Source: Acidobacteriota bacterium (GTDB lineage Bacteria; Acidobacteriota; UBA6911; RPQK01; CBDAPI01). From it: a DNA stretch of 64,000 nt. Location of the stretch: positions 213,838 to 277,837 of the forward strand of contig OZ252114.1 in the NCBI GenBank assembly GCA_965248635.1, read 5' to 3'. The notes below the pieces were generated by a model. It was given only the letters and a program-made list of their open reading frames with translations, was not told where the DNA came from and did no database searches. This document shows positions 28,634 through 38,464 of this stretch, piece by piece (position 1 is the first letter of the stretch; every line of letters begins with the position of its first letter). The position numbers and the translations under genes were made by a program.

Positions 28634-28710
28634 GCGCCCGTAGCTCAGTTGGATAGAGCGCTGGTCTCCGGAACCAGAGGCCGCAGGTTCGAATCCTGCC
28701 GGGCGTACCA
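28634..28710 (+). tRNA. tRNA-Arg (anticodon CCG)
   Basis: 77 nt. Acceptor stem GCGCCCG/CGGGCGT (G1·U72). D-arm GCTCAGTTGGATAGAGC. Anticodon loop CTCCGGA (U33, CCG). T-arm GCAGGTTCGAATCCTGC. Encoded CCA end. Confidence 0.85.
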
Positions 28711-28865
28711 GATTAATCTTTTATATATCAATAACTTAGCCAGAGTTTTCCCTCTCAATAACTCATCGGAAACGGCGGTATTCTGACAGATTTCTAACAA
28801 CTCAGAGAGTTTCAAAGTGGCCGCCTTGTTTTCCAGGCAGAGATCGGAAGGATGGGCGGCATGAT

Positions 28866-31800
28866 TCAGCGGATCAAACGCAGGATGATCGGGTAGTCCT
28901 TGACCAGCAGGTTGCGAATGACCAGGTTACCGTTCTCAGTCTCATTAACCAGTTCCTGCTCGAAGCTATTTAGCACATCGATCCCCACCACCCTTTGAGC
29001 AGACAGGTCAGAGAAGGTTAGAGTGGAGGCCGTGCCAGGGTCGTCGTCAACGGCCGCATCGTCGGTCCAAAGGGCGAACAACCTGTCGCCGTTGGGCAGC
29101 GTGAATCCGTAGCTCGTAATATTCGCAGCAGCGCTCTCGATTTCCACAGAGATACTGTCAGGTCTGGTCCCGGCCATGACGGTAGCCATATTGCGAACCG
29201 TTGGGTATGACACAGGTGAGCTGGGGTTCGTACCACTACCACCCAGCCCAACGCCTACATCCAGGCCAAGCTGAATCACGATCCCGCGTGCATAGTATTT
29301 GGCTACTTGTACATCTGTATCTTGCCTCTCAAACTCACACCCCGGACAAGTCTCTTTCGAATTCCAGCTCATTTCTGAACCCCAGTATTCTCCCTGGAAA
29401 CCAGAAGCGGAGGCCGTGTCCTTGATTTCTCGAATAATCGAAGGGTAATCGTAATAATAGTCTGCCTGAAAGGCGATGTTGGGAGCGGTGTCATACAGGG
29501 GGTGCCAGGAGATCACATCGAAAAGCTGGACCACATCGGAACTGAGGAGAGTGAAAAGCTGGTCTTGGGCGAAAAAGAGGACATTCGGGCCTGAGACAAC
29601 CTTGGCCTGTGGATCCTCCTCACGAATGACGGGAATCATTTGCTCGGCAAGATTTTGATAGTCGAGTGGTTCAATACAATTGTTTATAGGGCCGCCGCAG
29701 GCGTCTGGTTCGTTCCAAATCGTATAGTACTGGATCCGTCCTTTGAAGTGACGTACTACGAGGCGTGCGTATTCTATGAAGTCCTGAATCTCCGGTTCAG
29801 TCTTGAATCGCGGCGTGGGCAGTTCCTCCCCAAGAGCGTGACCGGCTTTGTCCCAAAACAGGAGCATGTAGTTCAGAGCGACACCATTTTCAACCAGGTC
29901 ATCGACAAAGCGGTCGAATTCCGGAGGGAAGTTTAGCTCCGGCACACTCCAGTCAATCGGAGGCTCGATCTCGTAAAGCTGCGTATCCACGCGTTTCATG
30001 CCAAGAGCCGTGACATTATCCAGGGTGTTATCGAGGTCGGCGAGGTCAAACCACAGTCCTGCGCCCGCGTAATTGATGCCAATTCGATTATCGGCCAGGT
30101 CTGTAGATGGATAGCTCTGGAGCCGGTGCTTCGCGAGGGCATTACCCTCTTGGAGGGCTAACATCCCGCTGGGCCCCTGGGTAGGTCGTGAAAACTGAGT
30201 TGTACTCCCACCAGGGTCCGTGGCATACGTCGTCAGGTGAGGGCCGGTGAAAGCGACACCTTTGCTGAAAGTAAAGAAACCGGTGCCGTCAGCTTCCGTT
30301 TGGCCTTCGTAGGTCCCTCCTTCATCGTTGCTATCAGAGAAGACCTCCACAATGCAGTTCGCGCAGGCCAGGCCGGTCATGCTCCCGGCCTCCAGGTCGT
30401 AATCCAAGATGACCGGGCCGGCCCGTCTGGCATCGCCGGGGCGAATCACTTGGATGCCCAGCCCGCGGTTGTTGCGGATGCTGTTCTGGGTGATCGTATT
30501 GTAGGGGGTATCCTCCCAAAACGTGATCCCGGTGCCACGGTTGTGAGCGATGAGATTGCCGGGGCCAATCACGTTGTGAGAGGTTTGGTCAACCAGAACG
30601 CCTAATTGGTTGCCCAGGGGGATCTCACCGCCGGCGTCAGTACCGATGATATTGGCTGTGACAGTATTATGGCCTTCAGTAACGAAGGACAGGTATATTC
30701 CCGATCCGTTTAGACCAATCACGTTGTCTCTAATCAGGTTGTAGCTGGCGCCATTGGAATGGATGCCGTCGCGTGGGTGCCTGAAGATGGAGTTACCCTG
30801 GATGGTATTAAATGAAGTTCCCTCGTCCCACATCCCGATGCCAGAGTCGCCATTGCCGCTGATCAGGTTGCCCTGACCCAGAGGACCGGTACCGATCCCA
30901 CGGTCGCCGCCGATGAGGTTGCGACTTGCACCACGCTCCAGGGCAATCCCCGCAAAGGGAAAGTCGATGATCTGCAACCCGCGGATGGTGTTGCCATTGG
31001 ACAAGATGTGCAGGCCATACTGGAACTCAGGGTCGGTTATCTCGCTTCCATCCAGGATCACCCCGGCGTTACTGGCGTCGATCGTCAGGCTGCCCTGGCT
31101 GAGTTCTGGCAGTCCTGTCGTCAGGGTGATCGTCGTAGGAATGTCGGGGGGAAAGACCTCAGGATCAAAAGTGATGATGTCGCCCGGATTGGCAAAGAAG
31201 AGCGCCCTGCGTAAGGTGCCAGGGCCGCCATCGGCAGCGCTGGTCACGGTAATCGTTACCGGTACTGGACCCACGGGCATGGTGACGAACTCACCAGTCT
31301 GGGTTTGAATCACTGTAGCGGCAATCTGCCCGCCCGTGGTGGTCCCCTTGATGAGGCCTTCGAAGGTACTCAGATCCAAAGCGACGCCGGGCTCAGGCTG
31401 CCAGGATATTTCGTCGAAGAAAAGCGCCCGCTTGCCCATCGTCGGGATCGTCAGGGTCGCCGTAGCCAGCAGATTGCCGTCTTTGTCAAAGAGCTGCAGG
31501 TCTACGGTAACCTCGTTGGGTCCCGGGTTCATGATGGCCAGTCCCATATTCGTCGTAGCGTTCCGGATCATGGCGGCCACAAATCGGGACTGTCTTTGAC
31601 TGGCCCCCACGCCGGCAGCGCCAAAGGCGCCGCCAAAATTGATCACTCCCGTCAACGGTCTGTTCGAGGTCACGGTGGCCGATCCCACTCTCACCGGGCC
31701 CTGCCCGTCGGTCGTCAGGATGCGCATGCCACAGGCGGGAATGGTCACATCCAGCGTGCCCTCGGGAAGGATTTGACCGTCCAGGTCGATTTCACTGAAG

Positions 31801-32696
31801 GGGTCCCCTTCGTTGTTTCTGATCGTGATCGTGGCCTGGGCCTCCATCGTTTTGTGGGGATTCAGCAGGATGAACTGACTGACAATGCGTCCTCCCGCTG
31901 ACCTGCCGTCTCCAAACTGTGCAAAGAAAAGCTCGGGGGCTCCAACTTGTGTAAGAGAGCCCACAGGCATGGTAATAAATTGATTGGGCCGCGTCTGAAT
32001 CACGGTAGCGGCAATCTGCCCACCTGTGGTGGTTCCCTTGATGAGGCCTTCGAAGGAACTCAGATCCAAAGTGACGCCGGGCTCCGGCTGCCAGGCAATC
32101 TGGTTGAAGAAAAGCGCCAGGTGGCCCATCATTGGGATCGTCAGGGTCGCTCTGGCCAACAGCTTGCCGTCCTGGTCAATGAGCTGCAGGTCTAGGCTGA
32201 CTTCGGCGGTTCCCGGGTTCATGATGGCCAAGCCCGTATCCGTCGTAGCGTCCCTGATCATGGCGGCCACAAATCCGGACTGTCTCTGGCTGGCCCCCAC
32301 GCCGGCTGCGCCAAAGGCGCCACTGAAATTGATCACTCCGGTCAACGGTTTGTCTGAGGCCACGGTGGCCGATCCCACTGTCACCGGGCCCACCCCGTCG
32401 GTCGTCAGGATGCGCATCCCGCAGGCGGGAATGGTCACATCAAGCGTTCCGTCGGGAAGGATTTGACCGTCCAGGTTGATTCCGCTCAGGGGATTCCCGT
32501 CGTCGGCTTTGATCGTGATCGTGGCGTGAGCCTCCATGGTCTCGTCAGGATTCAGCAGGATGAATTGACTGATAATGCGTCCTCCCGCTAACTCGCCGTC
32601 TCCAAAGTGAGCAAAGAGAAGCTCGTACTCAGTCTGGGCAAGAGCAACACCCGAAAACGTCGTGAAGAAGCAAAGCGCTAGAGTGACATTCCTCAT
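28866..32696 (-). CDS. large secreted multidomain protein: two tandem ~225-aa repeats, parallel beta-helix region, C-terminal TIM-barrel glycoside-hydrolase-like domain
   Basis: Signal peptide MRNVTLALCFFTTFSGVALA. Repeats ~80% identical at the aa level (…FGDG..AGGRI.SQFILLNP…TIPACGMRILTTDG…). Beta-helix repeats (…GNGDSGIGMWDEGTSFNTIQGNSI…). C-terminal ...TIWNEPD... and ...VISWHPLY... motifs reminiscent of GH39/GH5-type hydrolases. Confidence 0.5.
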   Translation of the reverse strand: MRNVTLALCFFTTFSGVALAQTEYELLFAHFGDGELAGGRIISQFILLNPDETMEAHATITIKADDGNPLSGINLDGQILPDGTLDVTIPACGMRILTTDGVGPVTVGSATVASDKPLTGVINFSGAFGAAGVGASQRQSGFVAAMIRDATTDTGLAIMNPGTAEVSLDLQLIDQDGKLLARATLTIPMMGHLALFFNQIAWQPEPGVTLDLSSFEGLIKGTTTGGQIAATVIQTRPNQFITMPVGSLTQVGAPELFFAQFGDGRSAGGRIVSQFILLNPHKTMEAQATITIRNNEGDPFSEIDLDGQILPEGTLDVTIPACGMRILTTDGQGPVRVGSATVTSNRPLTGVINFGGAFGAAGVGASQRQSRFVAAMIRNATTNMGLAIMNPGPNEVTVDLQLFDKDGNLLATATLTIPTMGKRALFFDEISWQPEPGVALDLSTFEGLIKGTTTGGQIAATVIQTQTGEFVTMPVGPVPVTITVTSAADGGPGTLRRALFFANPGDIITFDPEVFPPDIPTTITLTTGLPELSQGSLTIDASNAGVILDGSEITDPEFQYGLHILSNGNTIRGLQIIDFPFAGIALERGASRNLIGGDRGIGTGPLGQGNLISGNGDSGIGMWDEGTSFNTIQGNSIFRHPRDGIHSNGASYNLIRDNVIGLNGSGIYLSFVTEGHNTVTANIIGTDAGGEIPLGNQLGVLVDQTSHNVIGPGNLIAHNRGTGITFWEDTPYNTITQNSIRNNRGLGIQVIRPGDARRAGPVILDYDLEAGSMTGLACANCIVEVFSDSNDEGGTYEGQTEADGTGFFTFSKGVAFTGPHLTTYATDPGGSTTQFSRPTQGPSGMLALQEGNALAKHRLQSYPSTDLADNRIGINYAGAGLWFDLADLDNTLDNVTALGMKRVDTQLYEIEPPIDWSVPELNFPPEFDRFVDDLVENGVALNYMLLFWDKAGHALGEELPTPRFKTEPEIQDFIEYARLVVRHFKGRIQYYTIWNEPDACGGPINNCIEPLDYQNLAEQMIPVIREEDPQAKVVSGPNVLFFAQDQLFTLLSSDVVQLFDVISWHPLYDTAPNIAFQADYYYDYPSIIREIKDTASASGFQGEYWGSEMSWNSKETCPGCEFERQDTDVQVAKYYARGIVIQLGLDVGVGLGGSGTNPSSPVSYPTVRNMATVMAGTRPDSISVEIESAAANITSYGFTLPNGDRLFALWTDDAAVDDDPGTASTLTFSDLSAQRVVGIDVLNSFEQELVNETENGNLVIRNLLVKDYPIILRLIR
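31290..32640 (-). repeat. intragenic tandem duplication (~680 bp x2) inside the 1276-aa gene
   Basis: Plus-strand shadow ORFs 31305..31901 and 31947..32195 carry near-identical peptides (…GSGNLP..GG.LDEAFEGTQIQSDAGLRLPG…), reflecting two copies on the coding strand. Confidence 0.7.
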
Positions 32697-32939
32697 ATCA
32701 ACTTCGGATCCGATTTCCTCTGGTGATGAATGATCAAACCCTATCGGCCCCCCAACCTTGTATCAACGATTCCCCGTGCTTTTCATCACCATGGTCCGGT
32801 ATCCAGGGTGTCAGGCCAGGACCGTCCCAGGCTCTTCCGATCCGACTATGAATCAGATCTCATTTTCTAACACTTTCTAACAAGATCAGCGCCGAGGAAG
32901 GAGATCAAAGGAACAAGACAATCGAGTTCTTCATGGATT

Positions 32940-33707
32940 CTAGATCTTTCCTTGTACTTTCATTTCTTCGGCCAGTTTCCGTTGATAGGCGGCGTGGGCT
33001 TCGGTGTCTTCGCGAGCACGCTCGCTGTAGTAGATGAATCCCAACGCCCGCCGTGAACTCGTCGCGGATCGGTTACCGTGGGCACGGTGGATGGTCAGTG
33101 CATCATGAACCAGCAGGTCACCGGACTTTGCAGGGCAGGCGAGTTCATGTGCGCGGTCAGCGTCCGTCGGGTAATCGACGATCCCCTGACTGAAGCCGAG
33201 CGTTTGCGTGCGAGCGTGCTCGCGCATGCCGCGCCGGTGAGAGCCGCCAACGTAGCGAACGCAGCCATTCTCCTCATCCACGTCGTCCAGCGCGAACCAC
33301 ATCGTCACAGCTTCGCACGGGTCGAGCAAGAAGTAGTAACCGTCCTGATGTGGCGGGGTCGGCTGGCCAATGCCCGGCGGCTTGTTGAAGTACTGCATGT
33401 TCTTCGGCACCACCGGACCATCAAGCAGAAGCTCGGCGAATTCTCGGAAACGGCTGCTGGTGAACAGTTCGTGAAACCACGGATCGTGGTCGCCCATGCG
33501 CTGAATCTGCTTCAGCGTCGCTGGCTCGTTCTTGTCTTCGTAAAAGACCTGCTCCGGCGGCAACCGCGGAACGATGACTTGGATGAAGCGATCGACGTGC
33601 GCAAGCAGTTCGGACAACTCCTCTCCGCTTACAAACTGGGGAAGGGCCACGAAGCCATCGGCATCGAAATCTCTCATCAGTTCAGCATGTGACGTTGAGT
33701 CGATCAT
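32940..33707 (-). CDS. phytanoyl-CoA dioxygenase (PhyH) family Fe(II)/2-oxoglutarate oxygenase
   Basis: HQDGYYF (the His-x-Asp iron ligands) and GDLLVHDALTIHRAHGNRS, the distal His/Arg motif of the PhyH family. Confidence 0.7.
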   Translation of the reverse strand: MIDSTSHAELMRDFDADGFVALPQFVSGEELSELLAHVDRFIQVIVPRLPPEQVFYEDKNEPATLKQIQRMGDHDPWFHELFTSSRFREFAELLLDGPVVPKNMQYFNKPPGIGQPTPPHQDGYYFLLDPCEAVTMWFALDDVDEENGCVRYVGGSHRRGMREHARTQTLGFSQGIVDYPTDADRAHELACPAKSGDLLVHDALTIHRAHGNRSATSSRRALGFIYYSERAREDTEAHAAYQRKLAEEMKVQGKI

Positions 33708-33959
33708 GGCGTTTTCTCCACCGCGGTGTCAATCGCCAGGGCGTTGTCAAGTTAGCTCGAGCCAAGCGGTTCCGGGACAGAATAGATCCCAGGGAGTTCC
33801 CACTTCAAGGGGCACAAGTCACCTCACTCCATCGGCCGAAAGCTCGGTCTCGGAGTACTCGATAATGTCTGGCTTGGTACTGTCAAGTTGAGCGGCCATC
33901 GGCGATAATGCTCGGGCTGGTGGGTTTGACCCAGCAGAAACTGGCTAATCTGATCGCCT

Positions 33960-35558
33960 ATGTCGCAGCGGCAAAATAGCAGCATGCAAAAATCCAGCAA
34001 AAATCAACGAGCCAAGAAGCCCGATATTTTACGGATATTGTCAGGATTCGCGATTGCGACCTGGTTGATGCTTTTGAGCCCGGGATGTGCGGTTGACTCG
34101 CCTTCCTTGCTTGTAGGCGCTCACTCCATCGATATCACCCCGGAGAATCTGCCCGCCATCCGCAACGGCGGATTCATCCAGCGGATCGACGACACGGTTC
34201 TCGACCCCTTGCATGCCCGCTGCTTTGTCTTCAAATCCGGGCATGAAACCATTGCGATCGCCGTGGTCGATTCCTGCATGATTCCGAGAGAAATTTGTAA
34301 TCAAGCCAAAGATTTCGCCAGTGAACAAACCGGTATCCCCGCTAATCGAATTTTAATCGCTTCCACTCACACCCACAGTGCTCCGAGTGTCATGAACCTT
34401 TGCCTTGGTACCAGCAGCGATCCCCATTACGAGGTCTTCCTGCCTCCAAAAATCGCCGAGGGTATCGCCCTCGCCCAGGGGAATCTTGAACCGGCCCGGA
34501 TTGGTTGGACGGTCGTAGATGCACCGGATCACACCCACTGTCGGCGCTGGCTGAAGCATCCGGACAAATATGCCGACGATCCGTTTGGAGAGAAAACGGT
34601 CCGTGCCATGATGCATCCCGACTATCAGAATCCGGACTACCTTGGCGAAGCCGGTCCTATCGATTCCGGCCTTTCTCTGCTCAGCATCCAGTCGGCAGAT
34701 GGAAACCGACCCATCGGTTTGCTGGCCAACTACTCGATGCACTACTTCGGAGCCAGCGGCGGTTTTTCCGCCGACTACTATGGCCGGTTTTGCGAGCTCA
34801 TGGAAAAAAGAATAGCACTCTCGGATTCCGGAAAGCCGCCCTTCGTGGCCGCGATGTCGCAGGGCACATCCGGTGATCTTCACTGGATGGATTATTCACA
34901 ACCCAAAAAAGAGAACTACGGAATCGAACAGTATACCGGCGAACTGGCCGACATTGCCTTCGACGCCTACCGGAAAATCGATTACAGAAAGAACCAGTCC
35001 AATCTGGCGATGGCCGAAACCACCATCACTCTCAATCGTCGACTCGCAGGCGAGAAACGCCTCGCCTGGGCAGCCGACCTGAATGCCAAACGCGGAGACC
35101 GCCGTACCAAGGATCGCCCGGAAGTTTATGCCGAGCAGGTCTCTTGGTTAGTGAACCACCCCACAGAGGATCTCATTCTACAGGCGATTCGCATTGGTGA
35201 CCTCGCCATCACCGCAATGCCGAACGAGGTCTATGGGATCACCGGACTGAAACTCAAAGCCCAGAGTCCTTTTGAAACGACTTTCAACATGGAACTTGCC
35301 AACGGTGCAGCCGGGTACATACCTCCTCCCGAGCAGCACTACCTTGGTGGCTATACGACTTGGCCCGCCCGCACCGCTGGCCTGGAGCCTGATGCCGAAC
35401 CCATAATCGTCGACACCCTACTCGGATTACTGGAAAAACTCTCGGGCCAGAAACGCAACGCGCTTACCACTGATTTTTACAACCATCAGCAGCGCGAGGC
35501 TATCCGGAAAGCCAAGGTCGAAGACAACAATCGCGCCAACCGGGGACTGGAGCGTTGA
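33960..35558 (+). CDS. neutral/alkaline ceramidase family protein
   Basis: Signal peptide. The ASTHTHSAPS motif (HTHSxP of neutral ceramidase N-domain). 532 aa, as expected for the family. Confidence 0.65.
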   Translation: MSQRQNSSMQKSSKNQRAKKPDILRILSGFAIATWLMLLSPGCAVDSPSLLVGAHSIDITPENLPAIRNGGFIQRIDDTVLDPLHARCFVFKSGHETIAIAVVDSCMIPREICNQAKDFASEQTGIPANRILIASTHTHSAPSVMNLCLGTSSDPHYEVFLPPKIAEGIALAQGNLEPARIGWTVVDAPDHTHCRRWLKHPDKYADDPFGEKTVRAMMHPDYQNPDYLGEAGPIDSGLSLLSIQSADGNRPIGLLANYSMHYFGASGGFSADYYGRFCELMEKRIALSDSGKPPFVAAMSQGTSGDLHWMDYSQPKKENYGIEQYTGELADIAFDAYRKIDYRKNQSNLAMAETTITLNRRLAGEKRLAWAADLNAKRGDRRTKDRPEVYAEQVSWLVNHPTEDLILQAIRIGDLAITAMPNEVYGITGLKLKAQSPFETTFNMELANGAAGYIPPPEQHYLGGYTTWPARTAGLEPDAEPIIVDTLLGLLEKLSGQKRNALTTDFYNHQQREAIRKAKVEDNNRANRGLER

Positions 35559-35607
35559 AATTCGGTTTGTTCACCTACAGGTTGAAATTCGGTTTGTTCA
35601 CCTACAG
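35554..35607 (+). repeat. perfect 27-bp tandem direct repeat x2 (ttgaaattcggtttgttcacctacagg), first copy overlapping the ceramidase stop codon
   Basis: 35554-35580 and 35581-35607 are identical. Confidence 0.85.
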
Positions 35608-35717
35608 GAGGCAAGTCGGCGATATGGGTCCAGTCGAGGAATTTGGCCTGTGCAATACCACATGGCTGAAGAAGAATGAGGAGCGGGAGGAGGACGATTC
35701 CTATGGTAGTACTAGGG

Positions 35718-37496
35718 TCATTTACTTTGGGGAAGCGACAGGATTTGGCCGTCTCCGAGAATAGTTCGTTTCAGTTTGTCATAGTCAACGTCTTGTATGT
35801 TGACGAGTTCATCTAATGCATGGCAAGCCGCTGTAGCTGCTGATTGTGAAAGCATCATAAAGGTCGGTTCCATGCGTATGGATCCAAAGGCCACGTGACT
35901 AGCCGAGACAGCGAATGTCACTAAAAGGTTGGTGCATTCGTTGGCCTTGGGCACAATGGCGCCGTACCCGATATAGTAGGGTCTCACTCTCACACTGGCC
36001 GGACTTTTGCCTTCACGAAATACCATATCCTTGTAGGCAATTCTTTGGATCTCGTGAATATCGATACCGTAAGAGGCCATGGCTACGGGTTTGTCTGCGA
36101 CCAGTTTACCGGTGCAATGATTTTCGTTCATTACCAGATCCGACACCATACGACGCGCTTCCCTGACGTACATTTGATAGGGCCAGCCTCCATTATCGAC
36201 AAATTCGTCTTGGCATAAACCGAACTGCCGAACCTGATGTTGTAGTTTTTTTGGCACTACAGGGTCGTTCGCCAGGAAATACCATAGGCCCAAGTGATAA
36301 CCCCTTTGGTAATTGTACTGCTCCTGTCTTTTTTGCCAATCGGCCTCGGGCCACTCCCAACTTAATCCGGGAATGTTTGAACCGAAGGTAGCGGTATTGA
36401 AATCCCATTTGTCGTTCACTAAAGGATCCAGTTTAGTAAACCAGCGTATATCCATGTCGTCACCTTGTTGTACGCAGGCCTGTATGAATCTACGCTGGAT
36501 TTCGTAGTTCCAGGGATCATAGTTGTCCGGTTTTGATATGGGGATTCGATTATTCGGATTGTCCGTCATACACAAACGAAAGCAATAAGACTGTACGCCC
36601 GGGGCCTCCTCTCCGTTTTGTTCTCCATGATAAGGCTTTATCGTCGAAAGGAGGCCACTCGTATTGTCGGTTGGATCTACGTAAGGAGAGATAGGAATGT
36701 CACGGTCCCAGATCCCTTTTCGATCGGATCGCCGTCCGTTCTCGCCTGGAACTCCCCAATATAGGGAAGGCACGTACTTCTTTAAACTGAAACCATTCCC
36801 GGTCTCCCCATACTTCGAATTGGCCTCACGCGTCATGGTATAGCTAACATCAGCGCGAGCCATGAGATCACCTTCATAAGTGGCATCGATGAAGACTTTG
36901 GCTTTGTAGGTGGATCCATCGAGCATTGTGATTGATCGTATTTGTGTACCTTCTTTTTGAGCTGAAATAATCTTCTTATCGTAGTGCAGATCGATATCGC
37001 TGTCCGCGATATATTCCAGAAACAGTTTCTCCGCACCGCTTGGTTCGATGACGAAATCTCCACCCGTGTGGGCAAAGAAGTTTTCGAACTTCAGTTCCTT
37101 ACCATAACGTGCCGCCAGTTTGGCGAAATACTCGCGGGTAATGCCTCCGATGGTTGCCGGATTGCCCACATCGAGCGCACTCAAGCCACTGGCTGTCATC
37201 CCCCCCACATGTTCAAAGGGTTCGAGCAGCACCACAAGTTTACCCATGCGATCTGCCTGTAACGCAGCTACGACCCCTCCGGAGGTGGCTCCGTAGATAC
37301 AGAGGTCATACTCCTTGGCTCGAATGGAAGAGGCTCCAATCCATAAACACAGAATAGGAAATAGGCTAAGCCGACAGCGCGGGCCACGGCGAAACATTGC
37401 AAATAGGGGGCATCGTTGGGCCGCCGTGTATAGTTGAAGAGCGGCATCGCCTGAGGCTATGGACCTACCTATTGTCGATTGGCCAGCGAATTGCAT
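35718..37496 (-). CDS. FAD-dependent oxidoreductase (PF12831-like) with N-terminal signal/TM
   Basis: Rossmann dinucleotide-binding motif CIYGATSGGVVAAL…LLEP. 592 aa. The family is often found with glycan-degrading loci. Confidence 0.55.
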   Translation of the reverse strand: MQFAGQSTIGRSIASGDAALQLYTAAQRCPLFAMFRRGPRCRLSLFPILCLWIGASSIRAKEYDLCIYGATSGGVVAALQADRMGKLVVLLEPFEHVGGMTASGLSALDVGNPATIGGITREYFAKLAARYGKELKFENFFAHTGGDFVIEPSGAEKLFLEYIADSDIDLHYDKKIISAQKEGTQIRSITMLDGSTYKAKVFIDATYEGDLMARADVSYTMTREANSKYGETGNGFSLKKYVPSLYWGVPGENGRRSDRKGIWDRDIPISPYVDPTDNTSGLLSTIKPYHGEQNGEEAPGVQSYCFRLCMTDNPNNRIPISKPDNYDPWNYEIQRRFIQACVQQGDDMDIRWFTKLDPLVNDKWDFNTATFGSNIPGLSWEWPEADWQKRQEQYNYQRGYHLGLWYFLANDPVVPKKLQHQVRQFGLCQDEFVDNGGWPYQMYVREARRMVSDLVMNENHCTGKLVADKPVAMASYGIDIHEIQRIAYKDMVFREGKSPASVRVRPYYIGYGAIVPKANECTNLLVTFAVSASHVAFGSIRMEPTFMMLSQSAATAACHALDELVNIQDVDYDKLKRTILGDGQILSLPQSK

Positions 37497-37879
37497 TAAT
37501 TAACTCCCTGAACGACCTGTCCGGATTTTTTGTTTGTGAAGGTCCCGGTATCGGGTCAAAGACAAACGCCGATTTCGAAGGCAGGTTGGGGGCGTAGGTC
37601 CGTGGAAGGTTCTTAGCCAGCTTGTCTTTGATTTTCCGGTACGCGGAATCTCTGGCCAGATTGTCCCCTTTGATTCGCCGTCGCAGTCCCGGACCCCGTG
37701 CGGTCGCGGGTTACCTAGTCGGACACCTTAGCGGTCACTATTGGTAGTGAATAATTGAAATAATTGAAACTATTGACAACTTTCTGAGGTCCATAATCCT
37801 TTCCGCTTCCGACTATTATCTCCTAAGTGGGTTGAGCCCATGCGACGTACATGTCATACTTGTACGACGACGAAGAGGA

Positions 37880-38092
37880 ATGCTGTCAGTGAGACTGGAC
37901 CCGAAGATTGAGAAGCGCCTGAAGGCCCTGGCCGCGAAGACGGGCCGAACCAAGACCTACTACGTTCGCGAGGCAATTCTGGAACACCTCGAGGACATGG
38001 AAGATCGCTATCTGGCGATCGAGCGACTGGAAAACCCTGCTCGGAGATGGACCCTGGAAGAAGTGGAGCAGGAGCTTGACCTGGAAGGTTGA
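37880..38092 (+). CDS. type II antitoxin, ribbon-helix-helix (RelB/ParD-like)
   Basis: MLSVRLDPKIEKRLKALAAKTGRTKTYYVREAILEHLEDMEDRYLAIERL. The ORF track extends to 37832, but the ATG at 37880 gives the typical ~70-aa antitoxin. Overlaps the toxin gene. Confidence 0.75.
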   Translation: MLSVRLDPKIEKRLKALAAKTGRTKTYYVREAILEHLEDMEDRYLAIERLENPARRWTLEEVEQELDLEG

Positions 38093-38342
38093 GTTTGACG
38101 AACGCGCGCTGAAAGAGCTTCGGAAACTTGACCCGCCCGTTCAAAACCGAATCCTCCTTTTCCTCCGGGGGCGTATCGCCACCGCCGAGGACCCGAAACG
38201 ATTGGGTAAGCCACTGACGAAAGGGCAGCCTGCCTTGTGGCGTTACCGCATTGGACCCTACCGGCTTATTTGCAGGATTGAGCAAGACCGGCTGGTCGTG
38301 TTGGTGCTGGCTGTGGGTCACCGCAGGGAGATCTACCGTTAA
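38076..38342 (+). CDS. type II toxin, RelE/ParE family
   Basis: TTG start overlapping the antitoxin stop. …VEFDERALKELRKLDPPVQNRI…IGPYRLICRIEQDRLVVLVLAVGHRREIY, the RelE/ParE fold signature. Confidence 0.8.
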   Translation: MTWKVEFDERALKELRKLDPPVQNRILLFLRGRIATAEDPKRLGKPLTKGQPALWRYRIGPYRLICRIEQDRLVVLVLAVGHRREIYR

Positions 38343-38464
38343 ACCAGGCTTCCATTCTTGGATTTCCAAGATCGTCAGGTCTCTGTCAAATGAAGGCCCT
38401 TACTGATCCTGGGACAGGCCGAGGCCTCTGCTCTTAGAGATGGAATCTTACTCCAACGTGCTTC

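Noticed and set aside
28711-28865. AT-rich tract after the tRNA as a possible integrase att site or CRISPR leader
   Set aside because: No integrase gene, no array of regularly spaced repeats. Only a 9-bp motif twice, so kept only as context in a finding.
35555-35764. 69-aa ORF MKFGLFTYRLKFGLFTYRR…
   Set aside because: Its repetitive N-terminus merely translates the 27-bp tandem repeat. Lies in a convergent intergenic region and is probably non-coding.
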